Positions 1 through 11,968 of a DNA stretch of 64,000 nt are shown in pieces; positions within the stretch are counted from its first letter, which is position 1; the number at the start of each line of letters is the position of its first letter. Position numbers and translations under genes: made by a program. Below the pieces are notes generated by a model. The model searched no databases. It saw nothing but the letters and a program-made list of their open reading frames with translations, and was not told the origin of the DNA. This stretch comes from Selaginella moellendorffii (taxonomy: Eukaryota; Plantae; Lycopodiophyta), in the NCBI RefSeq assembly GCF_000143415.4, contig NW_003314262.1:3358405-3422404 (forward strand). The letters run 5' to 3'.

Positions 1-19
1 GGTATGTGCGCGAACGGGA

Positions 20-302
20 CGCGAGATGGAGTCCGAGATAGAGTCCAGATGGACCCAAGATGAAGTTTGAAAAGGAGTCTGAAATGGACTTGAGATAGAG
101 TCTGAGATGGAGTCCGAGATGGACTTGAGATGAGTTTGAGATGGACTTGAGATGAAGTCTGAGATGGACTTGAGATGGAGTCCGAGATGGAGTTTAAGAT
201 GGAATTGAGACTGAGACCGCGACCAAGGCCGAGACCAAGTTCGAGACCGAGATCAAGTCCGAATCCAAGTTTGAGTTCAAGTCCAAGTCCAAGTCCAAGC
301 CC
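20..302. repeat. Degenerate 6/12-bp minisatellite (GAGATGGAGTCC / GAGATGGACTT, then CAAGTC units)
   Basis: Visible 12-nt periodicity. It lies just upstream of a PPT-like AAAGGGGGGA (351-360) followed by TG, as in the 3' UTR of an LTR element. Confidence 0.8.
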
Positions 303-350
303 AAATACTAATACAGGCTATTGGGTGAAAGCCCAAAGTGATCATGCCCC

Positions 351-2218
351 AAAGGGGGGATTGCAAGGGGTTCCAAAAGTATAATAGGGAGAGTGTGGTG
401 AATCCAATAGAGCTATTTTGGCCAAGAAAGGCTAGTGTGACCTAAGAAGGCTATGCCCATGTTTTTGGTGATGATATATCCATTGAGGAGTTCAAGGCTA
501 GAGTGAATACAGATTAACAAGTGGGGTAGCTTAGTGAAGTGTTCAAAATTTAACTCTAATTCCCCCGGAAGATCGAATAGTCAATGCTCTTAGTCCAAGC
601 GTGAGTGGCACTATCTACTTGAATACCTAACATCGCTCAGCAGAACCTCGCTCTAGCTACATGGCTAGAGCACCCAAAGGCGGAAGGTAAAGAGAGTACC
701 CATGAACCTCACATAGGGCCATGGTGTTTTGAAATGTTATCCTAAAGTCCTAGACTCTGGAAAGGAAGAGAAGCAGTCCTTTGGTGTAGTGACCAAGGAT
801 ATAATCACATGGTGGGGAAGTCCCAGAGGACAATGGGACTTAGTGGTTGGGCCTATGGACTTTGACCCAGTGGCACTGTTGGCAAACACAACCATGGACA
901 GAACGGGACTTGGTGGGGACTATAAAAGGGATATTAAGGAAGGCTATTCCCCATGTCCGCATGCATCCTAAGGATGCTAAGGAGTGAATCTAGGATGATC
1001 ACTCATGAACAGATGGCCCAGTCTTTAGATCACTGGTGTGACAAAAGTGAATGGGTATGGTCTTAGTGAATGGGCTGATATGTCGGTGGTGCCTTTGGAT
1101 GTTAGTCATGGGATCGAACATGTGGAGCACCAAGTGCAAAGGCTAAGTGGCATAAATATTATTCACGAAGCTAACAAGTCCCCAAGTCCAAAATAAGACT
1201 TATGGAGGCAAGTGGTTATAAATGTGATTAAGTGACTAAAGTAGAATGGAAAATTTAGTTACTTACACTTTATTCCTTGGCTCCATACTTAGGAGTTTGG
1301 CTTCATTCCTTCATTCCTATTGTCCTTGAACACATGGCATGTGGCACAAAGAGGGTTTAAGTTCTATTTCATGGTTATTCTATTATAAATCACTATAAGA
1401 TAAAAGGTAAAAACTATATGTGCTATATTCATATAGTGCACCCTATCTCTCTCCTCTTAAACCAACTGGGAAAAGGGGCAATTGTTTAATGAGAAAGCCT
1501 TTAGTGGCGATTTTATCCTTATTTATCCCCCAAAGTTCTAAGGATTCATAGTGACAGTATATTTAAATCTCATTCCATAATCACATGCACCCCCCTTTAG
1601 AAATGTCAATGTCCTCATTGACTATTGATTAACAACCCCTACTAAGCCAAAGGGAACTAACACCTCCATTTCCATATTGAATATACAATCCTTTCATTGT
1701 GTAAACTAATTATTCTATATAAAACAGTTAGTCATCCACTTATACCGCAATCCCATGGTGAATACCTTCATCTTTAGATGTCTTACAACATGAAAGACAT
1801 ACTCATAGATACCTAATATATTTGACTTCAATTTTAGGGGTAGAAATATACCTTGCTCAAAAGTATATTATATTTTAAGTAGCCAATCAATGGGAATCCA
1901 ACCTATGCCACTTATTCTGATACCATATGTAACACATTTTATTTCTCTCCTCTTAAGCCAATTCGAAAAGGGGTAATTGCTTTATGAAAGAGCCTTTAGT
2001 GTCTATTTTATCCCCATTTATCTCCCAAGATTCAAGAATCCGCAGTGACAGTATATCTAAATCTCATCCCATGATCACATGCGCTATAGTTTAGTTCTTG
2101 CATAAAACTATAATAGATATGTTTGTAAGCTAAATATACCTTTCCTTTGTTCTTAAAATCTAGACAAATATAAAATGGATTTTCACAAATTTGAACAATG
2201 TAGGTAGCACCTTTGACA
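351..2218 (+). mobile_element. Probable polypurine tract and degenerate LTR of a Gypsy-type element
   Basis: AAAGGGGGGAT then TGCAAGGGG at 362; TATA-like CTATAAAAGGG at ~920; possible end ...CCTTTGACA at 2218. No partner LTR in the window. Confidence 0.35.
1432..2088 (-). mobile_element. Miniature (TRIM-like or internally deleted chromovirus) LTR element, old
   Basis: Two ~160-bp direct repeats (1432-1590, 1928-2088) differing largely by transitions, with consensus termini TGTAGCGCA...TGCGCTACA. Reverse-complement iMet PBS TCTGATACCA at 1916-1925 and PPT remnant CCCCCTTT at 1591. Flanks ATTCA/GTTTA fit a decayed 5-bp TSD. Internal 'VFHV' integrase-tail-like remnant. Confidence 0.7.
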
Positions 2219-2377
2219 ACTTAGTCACAACAACAAATTCCATAGCCACAGCACTAATGTAATTTATCCTTATAATTGTGCACTTCAACATCTTTGCCAA
2301 CTTGATCTTTTCCTTCAAAATGGAAGACTTATATTGTATAGCCTTTCCATTTCTAGCTGGTTATACATGCCTATCTA

Positions 2378-4950
2378 ATGCTAATATCAGTGGCACATGG
2401 CATCACTGCATTCATCTATGACCTCAAGGAAAATTTTCAATGCAAGACGCTTAAGCGAGAGTTTCAGACGTGCCGTGAGGCATTTGTTGCAACAAAGATT
2501 CTGGAGCAGGATCTTTTCCAAGAGCTTGCGATTTCCATGGTAGAGGATGCTTTCCTCCATCCTCAAATGAGGGGTCATGTGGTGCCATGGTCCGTTCTTC
2601 TCTAGCCTTGCACAGTGATGATAGAGTTCCTTTGGCAACCGAGAAGCTGTTGTCAGAGCTCACAGGATATAAGGAGATCATCTAGCAGTAGCAATAAATG
2701 CAAGAAAAGCTGCTTGAGGAGCTTAGAGCATACCACTTATAGTGGGCAAAGAGACCAAGATATCCTCCTCATTCTTAGTATTGCTTGCATTGCGATGTTT
2801 CAACACATAGTACGAAGAGATGTTAGAAGCTTCATCCAAAACTTTGGCCACCTTTTATGCAGCATATTCAGCAATAGCCTCTAGCAGACAACACCTCTCT
2901 TCCATGGCCATCATACAGATATCAACAACAATTGGAGTAGAAAATGATCAAAGACACCCCTTCATTAAGCTGCAGGAAGACACCTATGCATGTCTGTATG
3001 GTTTACATCTCCGAGGATGGCTATCAGGTGGTTGTTGTGACTAGAGGGTGCAAGAAAGGTTCCCCTCCAGCCCCAAATATTGATGGTGTGCAAGATCCAA
3101 TGCCAATTTTTGGAACTTCACCCTCTCTTATGATGTGCAAGTTACCTCATGCTTTGGTATCTACCACACTACCCACATCCAGTTTTACTTCTCAGTTGGA
3201 GGCTTTTGCCAAGTCCACAAGCCTCCTTGTGGAACCTTAGCATGACATACATACCCAAACCATTCATAACCCCAGAGCATTCTTGGTGTCCAAATAGGCA
3301 ATGAATCCTTGATAGCACAAGCATTACTTGATTCTAGCTCCCAAAGCAACATCATCTCCCTTAATTTGGCACACTCCAGTGGCTTGGAAGTTTCTGGAAA
3401 CAAAGCTACCATCCTCAAAATATTTGCTAATCACTCAATGGTTCTTGCGGGCATCTGCTAGAATGTCAAGATCTCAGTGCAAGGAGTGGTTTCCATGCTA
3501 GATTTCCTTGTTGTGAACTTTCAACAACTAGGATCCAGGAATTTGAAGGACTCTATCATCCTAGGATGGCCATGGCACCTCATGGCCACTTGCATGACAA
3601 CATGGTCCAAAGGCGAGTCAATGATCACTGATGGTATTCACAAGGCGACTTTACTCAATGCTCATGGCAGGTCACTACTTCCACTTTTGTCTCAAGTGGC
3701 TGTCACCTGCAACTCTGAGCTTGATCAAGCCTTGAAGATTCTCTTCCCTGAGCTTATCGAAGATGAGTTGTTACCAGAAATCAGAGTGGTCAAGTGCAAT
3801 ATAGTGGATTTCTTTCATGCGGACTGGACCACAACTACACTGAACTTCTCCACCATCCAGTCACAAGTTCAAAACCTCCTAGGTGCATCTGCCTTGCCAC
3901 CTTCACTGGAACAGTGCAATGATGAAACTAACATGGTAGCAACTTCTTTCACTGTTTTGTCAACTGGTGCATTGTTTGAGGAGACTCAAAGGACCCCACT
4001 GCACTTACCACAATCATAATCCAGCCTGTGGCCACAGTGCATGTGGGTCAGGACGTGGACGATCACAAAACAGGAGGCATCTAGCCTGCTGAGACAATAG
4101 AACAGGCTCCAATCTTTGTCAATCCCACAGTTACTGAGGATGGGGTGTACACCAAGGATCTACCATCTTTTGGCCAACAATCGGACATCTTGCATGCAAT
4201 GAGGGAAAAAACAAAGAGAAACACCAACTCATCTGCACCCGACTCTTCCCCCGCTTTTACTGAATGTGAACCTGAGGAGATTATTTCCTTAACCCCTTTA
4301 TTTAGGGGCCAGGATATGCCTGAGTTCACAGTTTACTCCTTCTATTTCCACACTGAATTGGTTTATAAATTCAATTTTAAGGGTAAAAGTATATCTTATT
4401 AAAAAGTATATATAAGTATAGTTCCAAAATATCATCTACTTAAGGTTCTCTTAAATGGGAAATAATACTTTTTTCTCCCCTGACAAGAGTCTTTAATTGT
4501 TATTTTATCAATGATGATATGGTCACATAGGCAAATTATAGAAATGACTACCATTAATCCCAATTTGATTGCAGATTCATATACTTCACAAGCAGTTTTT
4601 TGAACATCCAATTGAGTCATTTTACCAATTCATCTGTCTCTAGATGATAAGCTGATGCAAGCTTAATGTTATGTCAACACTTTTAAAACTTCATAAGCTG
4701 GGCTCTAAGGACAACCATATATCACAACATTACTGTTTGCATAAGTAATTGTGCAACTGAATTTGTTGTTATATTTAGTGCACACAGCTCAACCATATAT
4801 TAATTGTGGATTGTGGAAATGGCCCTATGAAGTTGTATGTGACTAATTCAAATAGACGAGAAACTTGAATTGGTTCTAACAACCTCACATATGACATTGT
4901 GGAGATATTGCTAAACTTCAAACAATAGAGCAGTAAATGGAGGAAATTGC
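2378..4950 (+). mobile_element. Degenerate Ty3/Gypsy gag-protease(-integrase) remnant
   Basis: Retropepsin-like ALLDSSSQSNIIS at ~3321 and IILGWPW at ~3555; GPY/F-like 'WPYEVV' at ~4820; many stops and frameshifts. Confidence 0.6.
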
Positions 4951-6007
4951 TGAGCTAGAATCCACCAAAACTAGAGAAAATAAATGAACTCCATACCATA
5001 TACTGAAGAGAGTGAAGGATAGAGAAAAAGTATTCTTATAATCTATGAATGTCAAAAGAGAAACCCTTTGAAACTTTAGACTATGTTGCAAAACTCCAAG
5101 ACACCAAGAGGAGTAAATATGGAGAACCACTACTGTGAATTAGAGCCTCCTTGCTCCAATGTTAATTGTTGTAGCCATCTAGAGGTTTATCCTCCTCAGT
5201 ATTGTCATCATTAATGACACCAATGTTACTCTCCATCATACCACTCACTTGCTCACATTCTTCCCTTGTCCTATATTATTAGATTATTGCTAATATTTTA
5301 CTAATTAATTACACTTAGTCTAAAAAACAAAAACATATGAATCTTGTCTTGGTCTCAGTCACAAACACACTTTAGCCCCTTGACACTGACTATCTACAAG
5401 GAACAATTCTACATTTTCACCTACATGTGCAATTGTAGCTTGATGGTGATTCCCACAATTTGTGGTAATATGTCCTCAGGCACCCAAAACACTGTGGTCT
5501 GCCACCATGCCTACAATGCGTCCATGAGCACGACCACCACACCCATCTCAGTTGCTATGTTCTTCTATTTCAAAACTGGCTGGAGGGTCAAACTCCATCA
5601 GTGTGGTAGACTTGCCAAGTGCAAGGTGAGGGAAGGAAGAATGGAACTTGTACTGCAAAATGCATCTCCTCCAGGGGGATCACAATAGCATCATCAAGGG
5701 TCTGTGGAGTCCATGTGTACAAACAAAATAAAAAAGTCCAACTTATATTGAGATCCACATCTTGTGTGATTAGTGGGACCTCACAGAGTAATACTGTTTA
5801 AAACATGATGTGCTATCCAACGGTTAGATGGCAACTTCAGGAACGTAGTAGCTCTCAATTTACAAACCGTTCAATCAAGATGAAATTTGTGTTTATCAAA
5901 GATGAGATTAGAGAATTTAGAAAAAATTGAGTTGTGGGCATGATCTTGAAGTTAAATTTAGTTGAAAACTAAAGTTAACTTTATTATAATATTTATTAGC
6001 TCAGGTA

Positions 6008-7852
6008 CTAATCTTCTTCAAGTAGCTCCAAGTCGAGTTGCGTCACCGCTTCTTTGACAGCCTGGATCATTGTTTCAGGGAAAACATCCGGTTGCAGCTC
6101 TCGGAGTAAGATATGGAGCCGGCCCGCTTTAGAAGTCGTTGTCGTTCCAAACTTGAGGGCATAGAAAGAGAGCGCCAGAGACAACACGTCGTCCTCCTCC
6201 ACATACGGCAACATATCGGAAGGAGACTGGTACCCGACAGTTCCCACCATCTCGCTGTAAGCACGGCTCTCGCCTTTGAAGCATGACACATCGTAGTCGT
6301 TTATCTTGAGCACGTTACCCGAAAACACGACCAGGTTGTCTGGCTTCACGTCCCGGTGAAGAACACCCTTGGAATGGAGATGCTTGAGCCCGCAGTACGC
6401 CTGATTCCACATATCATCCATCGCTTCCATGTCGGCAATGTGCTCCCGACCAAAAGGCTGGCCATAGCCCTCAAGCTCCAGAAAGCCAAACACGTCATTG
6501 GTCTCCCCGATGCTCACCAATCCCCAGTTCACAAGCCTCCGCACGTTGGAGTGGCCGTCAGATGCTCCATGGATGCGTCGCTCCATCTCAGCACTCGATG
6601 GCGAGCAGATCTTGAGGACGTTGGACGCCGATCGTCGGAGCACCACAAGAGACTTCTTGCCATAAGCCACTGGCGTCAGATCTGAGAGCGGGATATCAGT
6701 GCTTGGTCCCACGAAACGAACATTCAGCACCGGTAGATCGTACATTCGCTGCAGTTCCTCCGTATAGGAGACCAACGTACAAAATCCAGGCATCGGTTTA
6801 GGAGGTAGAACGTCCTTCAGGCTGATGCTCTCCAAGCTGATCTCATTTAGCCACGAAAGCTTCATCAGCACAAAATCCGGACTGAAGCCGGCCAGCTGCA
6901 GAGGCGATTCATCCGGTTTCTGACCGAAAGGAAATCCCGGCGTCACCTGAACCTTATCCGTCTCTCGCAGGTACTTGACAATCCAGAACCTGTCCATGCG
7001 GCAAAACAGGCACCCTAGACGAGTCGTCTCATCAGTTCCCTCGATTCCCGTTTTCAGATAGTCTGCTTCCTGCTTTATCAGCGTAGCATTAGCCACCATA
7101 CCCGTCTCATCCTTATCGGTTGCGTAGAAAACCTTTGTTTTCACTTCCGACAGAGCTCTTGGCTTGCCGCATATAAAGCCCTGCAGGTCCGCCCTTTTCA
7201 GGTTTCCATAGCCCTGCCCACCGAAATTCAAGCCTTTCTGACCAATCGAAGCGGCTCGTAAGAAGGCCAAGATGCCGGGATAATAAGCGCTCTCCTTTGG
7301 CTTCACCTTGGCGAGCCTTAGCTCTCTCAGGCTTGTAAGGTCTACCTTGGCAGCCTCGCGCTCGAGCAAAGCTAGCCACTTTAGAGCCACGAGCATGGTA
7401 CTCGACCGGCCGCCCAGTAGGATATCCGGCTTCACGAGCATGGGCTCGTACACTTGGTAATCCTTCACCCTCTTCGTCTGACTCCTTGCGACTGTCACAG
7501 CGGTGTTTTCGTCCCTGCGTCGCTTGCCTGATCACATAAACCAAGAATGAGCGGAGACCAAGAGCAAGAAACCATTTACTTTACCTTCGGATCCACGCAC
7601 ATGAAGCGCAAAGCTCACAGGAAGTGGGCCGTCTGGTAAGTACTCTGGATTGTACCATCCATCGCCGGGAACGAGGACCGAATCCACAAAAGGCAGTTCT
7701 TCTTGCAGCCATCCCCGAAGGCCGGCCACATCGGGCAGAGTGCTGGGAACTGGCCTACCTCTCCTCCCTTTGTGTCGCAGCACTCCTTCGTCTAGCTCCG
7801 CTTCGCTTGTGGGATGGATGTACAAAACGCGCTGCGCTCGCAAAAACGCCAT
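6008..7852 (-). CDS. Crinkler/CR-type protein: N-terminal header + PD-(D/E)xK nuclease-like domain + protein kinase (~595 aa, 2 exons)
   Basis: Exon 1 7852-7585, 57-nt GT..AG intron 7584-7528, exon 2 7527-6008 in frame. Kinase motifs VLKI, HRDVKPDN, INDYD, GTVGYQSP. Upstream ADL..EVK..QEADY motif; KRRR after the splice. Confidence 0.8.
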
Positions 7853-8577
7853 GCCGAGAAAAGAAACCCTAGTTAACTAGAATGCTTACTCTTTTCACAC
7901 AAAATAAAAAGCAAAGAAACGAAGAGAAAAGAGAGAGAGAGAGAGAGAGTTCTGTTACCTTGTATGTCTCCTCAAACACTGGAAGATATCAAAGCTCCTT
8001 GCAGTGCTAACCTGTCCCTGGCCCAATGCTTCGTGCTGCTCCTTTTCTCTGTGCATCGAACAAGTTAGTCTAGAAATTTCTAGAATAACGCTAGACATTC
8101 GAACGTTAGAGGGTTCGCCAGGAGTTCCTCACCGACATCAAGCATATGGCAAGGCCTTGTTTTCTTTTTCTGTTCCTAATCGACTTGGTTGTTTTCTTGC
8201 AGAAACGAAGGTCTCGTCCTTTTCTCCTTGACTTCTCACACAGTTTTCGGGTCGCGACCAAGAAAAATTCGAAAAAAAGTTATACACTTTTTCATGCACA
8301 GAACTTGGATTACTTTCGGTTTCATGGACCAAGTGGTTAAGGTGGGGTTTCCCCGCGAGAGTTCGAATCTGTCAGACGACGAGTCTTCTATTTTATAACC
8401 ACTTTAGTTTTTCGACACTCAGAGAGGTCTGCTCGACCTCTGATACTACTATTTCTACAAAGTAAAAAGAAGGATTCTGGCAAAGCACAAGAACTAGTAA
8501 CAGCAGAAGAGACGAAAGAGAAATAGTAAGTAGTAGTAGAAAAAGAAGAAGAAATACGAAAACACTCCAGAAGCTCA

Positions 8578-8764
8578 CTCAGAGGCCCAGGACTTGAGCA
8601 GCGAGTTCCATACCTCTCTCGCAGATGGCCTTGGCAACGCAAGTGTCCTCCTGCTTCCCAAACCTCACCTCCCACTCCATCTCCATCACCCTCTTTGCCG
8701 CTTCCTTGTCCCGTGCGTAGTCTGCCATCGTCGCCAGGAAACTCTCGATGCCATAGTTGCCAGC
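8578..8764 (-). pseudogene. 3' fragment of the TPR-SET gene (copy of 35490-35675)
   Basis: Near-identical to the 35490-35675 segment. Confidence 0.85.
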
Positions 8765-10460
8765 GGAGTTCTCGTGGGATCCTCACAAACCCAGCTTTAG
8801 CCGGCTTCTTCCGGAGAGGATTCGCCCCTATCCTTCCTTCGAGGGATGGTACACGCGGCTTATGGATGAGCCGAGGCAATTCAGCCCTGGTGTGATCATG
8901 GCGACGAATTACGCGACACAGGAGAGCCAGGTTACTTTGCTCTTCAGTGATTCATCGCATAGCTCACACGCTGTGGCCGTGAAAACAAAGGTGAGTTTAT
9001 CGCTTCCAAGGTATGGTTTTTTTTCTTGTTCTAGCTCACGCACTCCTAGATTGCTAGCATTCGTTTTGTTTGAAGTTTACGAGTATTTCGGGTGTGAGTT
9101 TTATCATAGTTTACTAGCTTTTTAGTCTCCATGTCGTCCACTCCACTGTTCTTTTCCTTTTTTTCATTGATCATAGTTCGCTAGCTTTTTATTCTTTTCC
9201 TTTTTTTTATCGATCATAGTTTACTAGCTTTCTAGTCTCCATGTCGTCCACCCACTGTTCTTTTCCTTTTTTTCATTGACTATGGTCTATTGTTTTGGCT
9301 GGCATGGGAGACGTGATCCAGGCAAGATGCTTCTTCGACAGAATGCCGGAGATCACAGCTTTGGCCTGGAACTCGATGATCTCCCTTCTTTTTACATTGT
9401 TTTGCAATCCTTCCTGGTGTTTTTTTGTTTTGTTGACCTGCATTTCTTCATTGGAAGTTTCTTAGTTTCCCCGCTGTTTTCTTCTTGCAGGACGCGAAGT
9501 TTAGCACGACAGGAGATTTGTCTGGAGCTGACAATGGCGACGAGCCCAAGCGATTTCAGTGGGAGGCTGCAGGCATTGGAAAAATCGTGATGAAGCCGAA
9601 TGAGTCCGAGGTGGAGGTCTGGCTAAATGGTTACGACCTCAGAGTTGAGACCAGTGACACGGTAATGTTCTTCATTCCAGAACCAAAACAAAATCTCATA
9701 TCCCGGTGTTTTTTCCAGGTTCCATGGGATTCTGGCAACAGTAAAAAGGGCCCCGAAGGCTGGGCAGGGAAAGTTCCACTGTTCCCATGCCATTGGTACG
9801 TGCACAGCCTGGGCTCCCGAGCAAAGTACACATTTTTCAGCAGCGACAAGAACATGGTGGTTCACGGTGACGGGGTTTGCGCACCAGGAGAAGAACTGGG
9901 GAGAAACTTTCCCTGCCGGTCATGTGTGGCTCCAGGGGATGTCGCGGGATAATTCTTCCCAGATTGTCTGCTCGGGAGCTCGGTTCAAGAGACCCCTTAC
10001 GTCTTCTCACTCGGATACCAATCGGCCAACTGCAAATTGGATCTGCGCACCAACGACCTTGAGACCATTTTCAAGGACGTGCAGCTCTCTCTCCTGGAAG
10101 CGAAGTTCGCGTTAATCGGAGTTGGTCCTTCACACACTATCATGGTATGGCTTTCGGTTCTCTCCTCCTTGGCGATTAGATTCTGTGCTATGCTTCACCG
10201 GTGTCGTTCTCGGAGCAAATCCTTGCTCCGATTGGAAAGCTCGAGTGGCAGCCCGCGTGCCGAGAGTAATTCGTGGCGACGATCGAGGTGGAAGTGTTCG
10301 AGCACGCAGCGTGGGGAGTGGCCAGCGAAGGTAAGCTGGTGGACAGCCAGATGTTTCGATGCGCAGCTCTCGAGTTTAGCGAAGATCTGCTCGAAGACGT
10401 GCTCCAGCAGCAAGATCAATCAAACCCAAACAAGATTCTTTTCTACTTCTAAAAAGGTAT
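8765..10460 (+). pseudogene. Tocopherol-cyclase-like pseudogene (paralog of 42848-44596)
   Basis: 5' end and ATG removed by the deletion; +1 G at ~9872-9875 gives a stop at 9950-9952; 16-nt deletion at 9989. Confidence 0.92.
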
Positions 10461-11329
10461 AATAGAAAAGATTCGAAAAGATTCTTAATGAAAAGAATAT
10501 GCCTTTATCCCGTGAACTAAATATGCCTTTTATCTCCAAACTAGATTCTTCAATTCTGTAAAAAGGTATAAAAAAGGAATATGTTTTTAGGGTTCTTCGT
10601 ATTCCACTATTCTATGTATTGGATAGCAACGCTAATCCCCCAGCGGCACTCTCGGGTCTAGATCGATCGCTTGCTCTGCCGCCCCGGACATCCGCCGCGC
10701 ATCCTGTGGATCTGGCAAGATCCCAGGAGTGCCGTGACTCTCGTGATCGCAGGCTGGATGGGCATCTCGCGCACCAGCGGCGTGATCCAGCCACCCTGCG
10801 CGGCCGAAGAGATCGATCATGGATCCATAGTGGAGCAGCGCTGGATCGATGCCGTGGTCGTCCGCCATGCACACGAAGTAGCACCGCGCCTCCTCCAAGA
10901 TCCCGGCGTGGTGGCACGCCGAGAGGATGCTCACGATCGTCACGCGGCTCCATTCCCTCGAGATGCATCGCCTGGAAGAGCTCCCTCGCACGGATCCAAT
11001 CGCCCGTGCTGCGCGAAGGAGATGACGATCGAGTTCCAGGTTTAGGGTTTAGGGTTTCTCGATGATGACGATCATGGACGCGCTCGCCAGTGATCCCTCG
11101 TATTGCCCGTGCAACCTCGCGGGGACTGGCGAGGTGATCGCGTCTTGCGGCCTGGAATCCAGCACCGCGATTGGGAACTCCCTCCACGCCAAGAGCGGCC
11201 GGATCGAGCATGCACTGGAGATCTTCCACGGGATGATCCATAGGGATGTGAGCTCCTGGGGCAGCATAGCGGCAATGCCGCTGGCGTTCTAGTGATGCTC
11301 CGCGAGATGGATATGCAAGCATTGATCGC

Positions 11330-11429
11330 NNNNNNNNNNNNNNNNNNNNNNNNNNNNNNNNNNNNNNNNNNNNNNNNNNNNNNNNNNNNNNNNNNNNNNN
11401 NNNNNNNNNNNNNNNNNNNNNNNNNNNNN
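11330..11429. other. Assembly gap (100 N)
   Basis: Run of N. Confidence 1.
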
Positions 11430-11968
11430 TGGCAAGCGCTGTGATGATGCTGCCCCAGGAGCTCACGTCCCTATGGATCATCCCGTGGAAGATCTCCAGT
11501 ATCCGGCCGGAGATTGATGAGCGAGTTCCCAATCGCGGTGCTGGATTCCAGGCCGCAAGACGCGATCGCCTCACCGGTCCCCGCGAGGTTGCACGGGCAA
11601 TACGAGGAATCACTGGCGAGTGCGTCCATGATCGTCATCATCGAGACGCAGTCCTGCCGCAAGCCCTCGAGATTCATCCGGTGGAAGAGCGCCACGGCCA
11701 AATCGACGCGGCTGTGCTCCCAGCACGAAGAAATCATCGCTGTCCAGGCCACCACATTGGAATCCAGCGAGCTCTCACGGAAGAAGATCGCCATGGATTC
11801 GTGGAGGAGCCCCCACTTCCCATACATGGCGATCAATCCAGTTCGCAGGTAGGGATTGCACTCCAGCCCGGAGAGGAAGATCCACTCGTGAATCGGTGTC
11901 GCGGCGCTCCGGATGGATGGATCCGAGAGCCCTAGCGCGGCCAGGGACTCGAGCACGCTGGCGATCAC

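Noticed and set aside
175-384. 69-aa RP/SP-repeat ORF
   Set aside because: Translation of the minisatellite.
1432-1436. TATAG as TSD of the miniature LTR element
   Set aside because: It aligns as the decayed TGTAG start of the LTR itself.
5340-5800. Coding-like stretch
   Set aside because: No recognisable motif; stops in plausible frames.
9870-9995. +1 and -16 indels restoring frame in the cyclase copy
   Set aside because: A stop at 9950-9952 falls between them and the ATG is deleted.
10612-11613. 333-aa ORF spanning the gap
   Set aside because: Reads through Ns and mixed frames of a PPR pseudogene.
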